Source: Rhodothermales bacterium
GTDB taxonomy: Bacteria > Bacteroidota > Rhodothermia > Rhodothermales > Bin80
Assembly: GCA_965219915.1 (NCBI GenBank)
Contig: OZ244794.1
Location: 708,322-772,321 of the forward strand
Length of the DNA: 64,000 bases
Reading direction: 5' to 3'
Of this stretch, positions 29,820-37,732 are shown one piece after another; position 1 is the first letter of the stretch, and each line of letters opens with the position of its first letter. The position numbers and the translations under genes were made by a program. The notes below the pieces were generated by a model that was not told the origin of the DNA, ran no database searches, and was given only the letters and a program-made list of their open reading frames with translations.

Positions 29820-32663
29820 TTGAAACTCATGGTTCCCAGAGTTAGTTATTTAATTGTTTCCCTCCTTTACATAGGATCCAGTTTTTGTCTTTTAACCGAG
29901 CCAGTTCTTGGCCAGACTGCGACCGTGGTTGGGAAGGTTACCGATTCGGAAACCGGTAAATCATTGATTGGGGCGAACGTGCAGGTTGCTGGGACCTCGA
30001 TTGGAAGTGCCACTGATATTGAGGGTAATTTTGAAATTTCGAACCTTCAAGCTGGAATCCATATCCTGCGAGCAAGTTTTATAGGGTATTCAGCTCAGGA
30101 GTTGGCGGTTACTCTGGCTGAGGGAGAGAATTATGTCTGGAACGTTGCCTTAGACCCGGGAACAGATCTAGACCCCGTGCAGGTGACAGCAGGACGCCGG
30201 AATGAGAAGACGTTGAATGCACCCTCTTCCATTGATGTCATTACTTCGCGAGACCTTCAATTAGATGTCGCACAGACAACGGCGAAATCACTCCGAAATG
30301 TGACCGGGTTGGATATGGTTCAGACCGGCGTGGATCGCTACGAAATCGTACTCCGCGGATTCAATGACGCTTTCTCAAGATCTACACATGTACTCACCGA
30401 TTACAGGAAGGCAGCGGTTGCCTCCATTGGGGTCAACCTGCATAATGTCATGCCAAGTCTGGCCATTGATACGGAACGGATTGAAATAGTTCGGGGGCCG
30501 GGATCCGCACTTTATGGACCTGGTGTAGATTCAGGAGTGATCCACTACATCTCCAAAGATGCATTCAATTACCCAGGAGCTACGATCTCTGTTTCAGGTG
30601 GTCAAAGGTCTATGCTCAATGTTCAGGGACGTGTGGCTACGGTTCTAGGCACAAATCTCGGTGTCAAAGTGATTGGCAGTTACGCAACATCGGAGGATTT
30701 TACTCTTGAAGGGTGTGATGCTGCACTCCTCAAAAGTGAAAGGTTTAGTGAATGCCCTGATCCCGAAGATGCAGTTCAGTTGTTTGTTGATGGGGTTCGC
30801 GAAACCAAAAACCGCAAGCTTGTGCTGTCCAGTACTGTGGACTTGCGCTTGGGCAAATCAACCACTCTTTCGTTGAGTGGGGGAATTGGAAATCTGGATG
30901 GTGCAATGCTCAGCAGCCTGGGCACAATTCAGGCAAAGGGAATGGTTGCCAGCTATGCTCAGATTCGGCTGTCCAGCGGTCCTCTCTTTGTACAGGCGTA
31001 TATGAATTCAATCAATTCGGGGAACTCCTATATCTATGGTGGAGATCCTGTTCAAGAATACTCCGAAGAATTTTCCGTGCAAGGCCAGTATACGCAAGAG
31101 ATTGGGTCTAGACAGCAGCTGATTGCAGGAGTGGACCTACGATTTGATCGTCCTGATACCAGAGCAATTGTTATCGAACGCATCGATGGGATTGCAGGGC
31201 TTGACGAATATGGTGCATACCTGCAATCGACTACACAGATCTCAAATAGACTCAAACTGACACTCGCCCTTCGGGGAGACTACAACAATATCGTACCCGA
31301 TCTTCAATTATCTCCTCGCGTCGCACTCGTGTTAAAACCAACTCCTTCCTCAGGTCTGCGTGCAACCTATAACCGTAGTCTCTCTTCACCGCTGTCGACC
31401 GATTACCTGTTGGATTTAGTGGTAGCTTCCCTTGGGCCGCTCACTGTGCGGGCCCGCGGTGGGGCAACCGGATTTACCTTTGAAAGAAATCCCAACTACC
31501 TTGAACTTGGTGCACCTACGTCGCTTGTTGCTTCCAGTATGCTCCCGGGAATGGAAGGATATCCAACTCCCGTTGGAATAGATACAGGGTTCCTTTATGG
31601 GTTGATTTACGATGGTCTAACAATAATTCCAGATGATGAACTTGCACGAATACTTGCCGATGCGGGACTAGATATTCCCCCTCAGCTTCTGCCCCTCCTG
31701 AAGCAGGGATTGAACCCAGAAGTGACTCCAGTTCAGGGATTCAGTCCTGGGATCCTTAGTCTCGTGAACCTGAGTACACTCGAGCTCAAAATGGCCCCCG
31801 AGTTGAACAATCTTCAGGATACCGGACCAATCAAGCCAACCATCACTCAATCTTGGGAAATTGGATATAAAGGAATTATTCGTGATCATATTCTCTTCGC
31901 ACTGGACGGGTACTACAGCAGAAGAAAAAATTTTACAGGTCCACTTCAGATTAAAACACCATTTGTTCTGGTTCCAAATCTGAAACAGGATCTCATTCAA
32001 GACATCTCAGCTGGACTGGCAGCAAATTCGGACGTTGCGAATGCACTGGAGTTATTTGGGCTGACCCCTCAGTTGGCTGCAGAAATGCTCGTCGATATTG
32101 CGGGCAGTGATCTGCCAGATAGCGAAACTCCAGTGGCAATTGTACAGACAAACGAGAACAACAAGGGAGCGGGAAATTTTCCTGAACTGATGCTGACCTT
32201 TCCCAACTTTGGAGATATCCAGTATTTTGGCATGGATGTTTCAACTCAGATCATCGCCAGTGAAAAACTGATGTTTTTTGGAAATGCATCCTGGGTAAGT
32301 GATGATTATTTTGACCATACGGAGATCAACGAGGAGTCAGAGGATCTGGAATTGGCCCTCAATGCGCCGGGATTCAAGTTTAAGATCGGCGGTCAATACC
32401 AACCAAAGAACGGTTTTTCGTTCACGGCATCGGGACGGTTTACGATGGGATTTCCTGTTATTTCTGGTCAGTATATAGGGAATGTACCGAGCTATACGGT
32501 GCTTGATGTAGGCATCGGATATGCGATTCATAAAGCCGGATTCCGTGCTGATCTGGGAATCAACAATCTTTTCGACAGTAACCACCGCGAATTTGTCGGT
32601 GCCCCCCGGCTCGGGCGTATTGCAACTATTAGGCTCACGTATACAACGGATCGCAGCGGTTAA
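29820..32663 (+). CDS. TonB-dependent receptor with N-terminal carboxypeptidase-regulatory-like domain (start TTG 29820 or ATG 29829)
   Basis: 947 aa. Signal peptide, then the CarboxypepD_reg block VVGKVTDSETGKSLIGANVQVAGTSIGSATDIEGNFEISNL, then the plug (ERIEIVRGPGSALYG), then a long beta-barrel. Confidence 0.9.
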   Translation: MKLMVPRVSYLIVSLLYIGSSFCLLTEPVLGQTATVVGKVTDSETGKSLIGANVQVAGTSIGSATDIEGNFEISNLQAGIHILRASFIGYSAQELAVTLAEGENYVWNVALDPGTDLDPVQVTAGRRNEKTLNAPSSIDVITSRDLQLDVAQTTAKSLRNVTGLDMVQTGVDRYEIVLRGFNDAFSRSTHVLTDYRKAAVASIGVNLHNVMPSLAIDTERIEIVRGPGSALYGPGVDSGVIHYISKDAFNYPGATISVSGGQRSMLNVQGRVATVLGTNLGVKVIGSYATSEDFTLEGCDAALLKSERFSECPDPEDAVQLFVDGVRETKNRKLVLSSTVDLRLGKSTTLSLSGGIGNLDGAMLSSLGTIQAKGMVASYAQIRLSSGPLFVQAYMNSINSGNSYIYGGDPVQEYSEEFSVQGQYTQEIGSRQQLIAGVDLRFDRPDTRAIVIERIDGIAGLDEYGAYLQSTTQISNRLKLTLALRGDYNNIVPDLQLSPRVALVLKPTPSSGLRATYNRSLSSPLSTDYLLDLVVASLGPLTVRARGGATGFTFERNPNYLELGAPTSLVASSMLPGMEGYPTPVGIDTGFLYGLIYDGLTIIPDDELARILADAGLDIPPQLLPLLKQGLNPEVTPVQGFSPGILSLVNLSTLELKMAPELNNLQDTGPIKPTITQSWEIGYKGIIRDHILFALDGYYSRRKNFTGPLQIKTPFVLVPNLKQDLIQDISAGLAANSDVANALELFGLTPQLAAEMLVDIAGSDLPDSETPVAIVQTNENNKGAGNFPELMLTFPNFGDIQYFGMDVSTQIIASEKLMFFGNASWVSDDYFDHTEINEESEDLELALNAPGFKFKIGGQYQPKNGFSFTASGRFTMGFPVISGQYIGNVPSYTVLDVGIGYAIHKAGFRADLGINNLFDSNHREFVGAPRLGRIATIRLTYTTDRSG

Positions 32664-32756
32664 AGGCTACCCACCCGAGTCATAGTTCGTATGTAATGCA
32701 ATATCTGCAATCGGTCTCGTCACGGAGAACTGTAGAATCATGAATCGGCGTCAATA

Positions 32757-32786
32757 TGTTTGGCGATCCGGCAATTGAGTCCGAAA
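32757..32786 (+). repeat. Third, short relic (A3) of the uvrA 3'-tail core
   Basis: gtttggcGATCCGGCAATTGAgtCCGAAA here vs gtttctggtGATCCGGCAATTGAacCCGAAA in uvrA. The 14-mer GATCCGGCAATTGA is exact. A possible further remnant is atgaatcggcgtcaatat, resembling uvrA atgagtcgtcaaaatac just upstream. Confidence 0.6.
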
Positions 32787-32878
32787 CCGCGCTGAATTGT
32801 AACAACTAGGACGCTGCCGACTGAGGTTTCGGCGTAGCTAATGTCTGTCTTGGTCTGATCCGGCCTAGTGCTGAACTA

Positions 32879-34072
32879 TTAATCGGACCGTAGTCGATTG
32901 ATCAAATCTCTCGCCAGAGTTTCCCCTATGGCAAGTGACGCGGTTGCGCTTGGCGAACTCGCATTTAGTACACTCAGCGCTCGTCGACTTTCTTGGACAT
33001 ACATGCTTCGAATCATCGTGCCATCAGTCTTGACTGCCTGAGCGCGCACTCCACTTCGTGCAGGCCTAAGATTAGAAAGTTCAACTGCGGGAATTAGTCG
33101 TTGTAATACCCGCAAATAATACTTTTTGCTGAGGCTTTGCAGAATTTCTCGTGCACCAGTTCGCCACAATGAACGTGCGAGATGCCAACTACCAGGCCAA
33201 AGGACTGTATCCAGGATGTCTCCGCGTGCTACTGTGAAGCGTTTGTATCCCTCCCGGGATAATGCCAGAACGGCGCTTGGGCCACAAAGAACACGGCCGT
33301 CAGTCATACGGGTTGCATGTACGCCAAGGAAGGGGACGCGATCATCTCCCGCGGGATAAATAAGGTGGCGGCAGTACTGTCGGGGTAGGAGTTCGTAATA
33401 TTCCCCTCTGAACGGTAATACACGAATAGTGGGTTCCTGCCCCAGAAGTTTAGCTACGCGGTCGGCATACAATCCGGCACAGTTAAGAATGTGCCGCGCA
33501 TGGACCGTAAGATTGTCGGTCTCCAGAACAATATGGTGACGTTCCACGTGTGCCCTGTGCACGTATGCATTGGTCAATACCTCAGTACCTTGTTCCTGTG
33601 ACAGCGACATCAGGCACTGTACAACGCCCCGAAAGTCTACGATACCAGCATCACGCACCAGAAGTGCTTTATTACCGGCTGCATAGGGCTCACGTTCTAG
33701 GAGTGCGTCTCGGCCAATGATTTGGCATTGCACACCGTTTGCACGTCCCCATTCGTGTAGGGTGTTTAGACGAGCCAATTCCCGGGGGGTACTGCCTATG
33801 ATCACTTTGCCGCAGAGCTCGAATGGCAGGTGGTTTGTCCGGCAGAAATTTTCCATTAATCGTCGCCCTCGCAGACACGTCTGTGCCTGATTCGACCCTG
33901 GACGATAGTAGATTCCTGAGTGCAGCACTCCAGAATTACGGCCTGACTGATGCGTTGCGACGGAGCTCTCCTTCTCAAGAACCAAAACTCGACAATCACA
34001 GCGCTGGCCCAGGTGCCAAGCTGTCGCAAGGCCTACAATTCCTCCCCCAATGATAGCTACGTCACACTCCAC
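32879..34072 (-). CDS. lhgO: L-2-hydroxyglutarate oxidase/dehydrogenase (FAD-dependent, LhgO family)
   Basis: 397 aa. The N-terminal FAD fold is DVAIIGGGIVGLATAWHL, followed by SGRNSGVLHSGIYY. The overall layout matches LhgO. Confidence 0.75.
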   Translation of the reverse strand: MECDVAIIGGGIVGLATAWHLGQRCDCRVLVLEKESSVATHQSGRNSGVLHSGIYYRPGSNQAQTCLRGRRLMENFCRTNHLPFELCGKVIIGSTPRELARLNTLHEWGRANGVQCQIIGRDALLEREPYAAGNKALLVRDAGIVDFRGVVQCLMSLSQEQGTEVLTNAYVHRAHVERHHIVLETDNLTVHARHILNCAGLYADRVAKLLGQEPTIRVLPFRGEYYELLPRQYCRHLIYPAGDDRVPFLGVHATRMTDGRVLCGPSAVLALSREGYKRFTVARGDILDTVLWPGSWHLARSLWRTGAREILQSLSKKYYLRVLQRLIPAVELSNLRPARSGVRAQAVKTDGTMIRSMYVQESRRALSVLNASSPSATASLAIGETLARDLINRLRSD

Positions 34073-34080
34073 AAGTTGGA

Positions 34081-35382
34081 CTAGGAGCTCTCTGTTGCAG
34101 GTAAACCGTGATGCACAACCTGTTCCATGGCATCTACAAAACGGTTCAGTTCCTCCAAGGTTGTGAACAGGTTAGCCGTAACTCGCAGGCCTTCAAATTC
34201 CGCGTGTTTAATTGGCGTGGCGATTATGCGGTGCGCATCCCATAGGTGCGTGCCCAACTTTGCCGTGTCAATGCCCTCAATCTGGACCGTGCCAATACAA
34301 CAGGAGAATTCGGGCTTGAGACTGGTGTGCAGACGAACTCGATCGTGCTGCATGAGGGGTTTTGCCCAGTAGTCACGCAGGTAACGCAGGCGATCCTCTT
34401 TGCGTTTGGCTCCAATACCCTGATGAAAGGTCAGCGCTTCGGCAATAGCTATGTAGTTAGCCGCAGGGTGCGTACCAATCTCTTCGTATTTGCGAATATC
34501 CTCATCCATCCCCTCGGGAGCTGCCATCAGCGGCCATAAGCCCTTGATTTTATCCTTGCGCACATACAATAGTCCCGTGCCATGTGGTGCTAATAGCCAT
34601 TTGTGCAGACTGGAAGCATAGTAGTCACAATCCAGATCTTCATGCTTAAAATCGAAATGACCAAACGCGTGTGCACCGTCCACGATAACCGGGATTCCCT
34701 TGCGTCGAGCCATTTGGACTACCTGTTTCACAGGCAGGATTTGACCGGTGATATTGATCATGTGACACATGAGAATAGCACGGGTACGGGGGCCAATGTT
34801 CTCTTCAAACAGGCGAACGATCTCCCCAGGATCTTCGGAGGGTATAGGTATGGAAAATTGTTTAAGGACAATTCCATCACGCCGTTCTCTTTGCTTGAAC
34901 GTAGTGATCATGCGTCCATAGTCCTGCGTGGTAGTTAACACTTCATCACCAGGCTCGAATTCCAGTCCTAATTGACATATCTGAAGCCCTTCACTTGCGT
35001 TGCGAGTCAGTGCGATCTCCTCGGAATCACAGCCAAACTCCAAAGCCAAGCGCTGTCGGACTCCCTCGCGCTGAGGTTCCAAGATGCGCCACATGGTGTA
35101 CACCGGTGCTTCGTTGGAGTAGTCCAGATGACCTTTCATAGCCTCTTGGACAATCCTTGGAGAAGGACTCACACCGCCGCTATTGAGGTTGATCAGACTG
35201 CGGTCAACCGTGAAGGCTTGTTGCACCTCCAGCCAAAAAGTCTCATCACGCGTTACATCGCCGGTTACACCTGCTATGTGTTCAAGTACAGCCGGGACAC
35301 GCGCAGGTACCAGTGAGCCGTATGTGAGGGCTGCGGCTGCGGGGGCCCCAATCTGGTAAAGAAACTGCCTGCGGTTTGACAT
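34081..35382 (-). CDS. Class-V-fold PLP-dependent aminotransferase/epimerase-like enzyme with Tat signal
   Basis: Start at MSNRRQFLYQIGAPAAAAL (twin-arginine motif). The class V core is present, with the PLP-lysine context SSLHKWLLAPHGTG. Confidence 0.75.
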   Translation of the reverse strand: MSNRRQFLYQIGAPAAAALTYGSLVPARVPAVLEHIAGVTGDVTRDETFWLEVQQAFTVDRSLINLNSGGVSPSPRIVQEAMKGHLDYSNEAPVYTMWRILEPQREGVRQRLALEFGCDSEEIALTRNASEGLQICQLGLEFEPGDEVLTTTQDYGRMITTFKQRERRDGIVLKQFSIPIPSEDPGEIVRLFEENIGPRTRAILMCHMINITGQILPVKQVVQMARRKGIPVIVDGAHAFGHFDFKHEDLDCDYYASSLHKWLLAPHGTGLLYVRKDKIKGLWPLMAAPEGMDEDIRKYEEIGTHPAANYIAIAEALTFHQGIGAKRKEDRLRYLRDYWAKPLMQHDRVRLHTSLKPEFSCCIGTVQIEGIDTAKLGTHLWDAHRIIATPIKHAEFEGLRVTANLFTTLEELNRFVDAMEQVVHHGLPATESS

Positions 35383-35468
35383 GATAAAACCCTTCTTTAA
35401 GTGATCAGTAAACAAATTAAGATATTTCATTCACTGATATAGGGTTAATTGTGCGGTCCGAGGTACGC

Positions 35469-36500
35469 ATGTTTTATTGGGTGCTTGTCTGTGTACTAAT
35501 TGCAAACTGCGACGCAGGAGACCGGCAAAACGATACGGTCTCCGTGATCAGAGCCGTGACACTTGACGCTCGGAATGAGCCGTCCGCAGAAATGCTGCCT
35601 AAGCTAAAGGAATCCGGGCTTACGCATATAACGCTGGTGCAGTTTGGTTTTCAGCGGGACGCTGACGTTCCCGAGATCCGAATGAACCCCGATGCAAGAT
35701 GGTACAGTGAAAGTGATCGGGCGGCACGGGAATTGTCTAAAAAAGCGGACAGCCTCGGAATGGGGATCATCCTGAAACCGCATCTTTGGCTTGGTCGCTA
35801 CAGTGCTGAGGGCCAGTCGAGAAGCTCAATTGGTTATTCGGAGGAGCATGATTGGCAGACTTGGGAAACGCAGTACACTAAGCTCCTCATGCACTATGCA
35901 CACCTCGCCGAAGAGATTGATGCGGCGATGCTCGTAATTGGTACTGAACTTGCAAGAAGCGCCCATGAGCGCCCCGATTATTGGCGCGGACTCATAAAGG
36001 ATATTCGTGCTGTGTATCAGGGCGATCTGACTTATGCGGCTAACTGGTGGGAGGAATACGAGGAAATTGAGTTTTGGGATATGCTGGATTATATAGGTGT
36101 GCAGGCATATTTCGAACTTTCCGATGAACCCAACCCAACCAATGGGATGTTGGCAGAGGGCTGGGAGCCTCATATTGAGGCACTTGCGGGTCTCTCCAAG
36201 CGTATGAATTGCCCCATTCTTTTTACTGAAATTGGCTACCGGAATGTCCCTGATGCGGCCGCCAAGCCATGGCGTTGGCCCTCACGTGGAGAAGCGGATT
36301 TGGTGGAGCCGGATGATGATCTTCAGGCCAGGCTATATGAAGTATTTTTTGATGAGTTGTGGGACAAACCCTGGTTCAGTGGTGCTATTCTTTGGAAATG
36401 GCACGGTGATCGCGACCGGCCTCGATCCTATCTAGATTTCACTCCACAAGGTAAGCCGGCCGAAGAAGTTATCCGTTCCCGGTTCACATCCAGCCTGTAG
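35469..36500 (+). CDS. Putative TIM-barrel glycoside hydrolase (clan GH-A-like) lipoprotein
   Basis: The signal/lipobox is MFYWVLVCVLIAN|C. Candidate catalytic Glu residues lie in VIGTELA and LFTEIGY, about three strands apart as in 4/7 hydrolases. The family was not resolved. Confidence 0.5.
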   Translation: MFYWVLVCVLIANCDAGDRQNDTVSVIRAVTLDARNEPSAEMLPKLKESGLTHITLVQFGFQRDADVPEIRMNPDARWYSESDRAARELSKKADSLGMGIILKPHLWLGRYSAEGQSRSSIGYSEEHDWQTWETQYTKLLMHYAHLAEEIDAAMLVIGTELARSAHERPDYWRGLIKDIRAVYQGDLTYAANWWEEYEEIEFWDMLDYIGVQAYFELSDEPNPTNGMLAEGWEPHIEALAGLSKRMNCPILFTEIGYRNVPDAAAKPWRWPSRGEADLVEPDDDLQARLYEVFFDELWDKPWFSGAILWKWHGDRDRPRSYLDFTPQGKPAEEVIRSRFTSSL

Positions 36501-36504
36501 GCAC

Positions 36505-37683
36505 ATGCGAACGCTCTGTTTGCTGCTCGTGGTTTTTTTGCTGGGCTGCGATTCGTCAGGCATGGAACCCGAACCCACTCCGGTTAGGGGGGATGTTATT
36601 GATGTGACCACTCTTGCAACCTACACAGCTGAGGAGGTATCACAACTGGTTGGCGCATATGGGATACCTTATTCAGCGAGGTATGGTATTTCATTTTATG
36701 TCATAGAGTACCTGACCGTGGATACGCATGGAGAGGAAACGACGGCTTCGGGTGCAGTAGCCGTTCCGCAACCTGTTCTACGGTCGCTTCCGATGGTTTC
36801 GTTTCAGCACGGTACGGTAACGCGGCGTTCGGGCGCGCCTTCTAGAGGGGACACGAATGAAGCTGTGGTGGGCATGTTTTTTGCCGCAGACGGGTATTTA
36901 TCAGTAATGCCGGACCTGCTTGGGTTGGGGCGTTCGCCGGGGCTGCATCCCTATTTGATAGCTGATGTATCTGCTTCGGCAATAGTCGATATGATGCAGG
37001 CTGTGGTTCGCTGGTCCGCCAGCCAGCCATGGAGCTACTCAGGCGAGGTATACATGGCAGGATACTCGGCAGGCGGTTACACTGGCATGGCAGCACATCG
37101 CCTTTTGGAGGCCCAGTATTCAAGCGAATTTACCATTAAAGCGTCTTCCCTGATGGCAGGACCTTACGATTTGAGTGGAACCATGCTGGACCTCATGCTG
37201 CGGGAAGAACCATATCCCCAACCATATTATTTCCCCTACGTGCTATTCAGCTATAACGAGGCTTACGGTTTGTATAACAGTCCGTCTGATTTTCTTGCGA
37301 GCCCTTACGATGTTACGTTACCTCCATTATTTGACGGAATGCATGGCGGCGGTGACATTAATGAGGCTATGCCAACTATCCCGATTCAAATTGTACATCC
37401 AGATGTTCGCCGGTCCTTTCTGTCTGACCTCAACCACCCATTCCGTCAGCGTCTGCGTGAGAACGATCTGACCAACTGGACACCGCGGGCACCAACACGG
37501 TTATATCATTGCGCGGCTGACGAACTCGTACCCATTGAAAATTCTATAATTGCCGCACAGTCGCTTGGCGAGGCCGCTACATTGTTGGATCCGAGCCCGC
37601 AAAGTAAGCATGGTGACTGTGCTCCCCTCGCAATTGCAAGCACACGAGCGTGGTTCAATTCGGTATCTACATCGGGACAATAA
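36505..37683 (+). CDS. Alpha/beta-hydrolase (lipase/esterase-like) lipoprotein
   Basis: Lipobox LLVVFLLG|C. The nucleophile elbow is MAGYSAGGY (GxSxG). A late Asp/His region is present (HCAADELVP ... KHGDC). Confidence 0.6.
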   Translation: MRTLCLLLVVFLLGCDSSGMEPEPTPVRGDVIDVTTLATYTAEEVSQLVGAYGIPYSARYGISFYVIEYLTVDTHGEETTASGAVAVPQPVLRSLPMVSFQHGTVTRRSGAPSRGDTNEAVVGMFFAADGYLSVMPDLLGLGRSPGLHPYLIADVSASAIVDMMQAVVRWSASQPWSYSGEVYMAGYSAGGYTGMAAHRLLEAQYSSEFTIKASSLMAGPYDLSGTMLDLMLREEPYPQPYYFPYVLFSYNEAYGLYNSPSDFLASPYDVTLPPLFDGMHGGGDINEAMPTIPIQIVHPDVRRSFLSDLNHPFRQRLRENDLTNWTPRAPTRLYHCAADELVPIENSIIAAQSLGEAATLLDPSPQSKHGDCAPLAIASTRAWFNSVSTSGQ

Positions 37684-37732
37684 CATTCGGCTCCGGTCCG
37701 AATTGGTCAGGCTTTCCGGGACAGCAAGGGGG

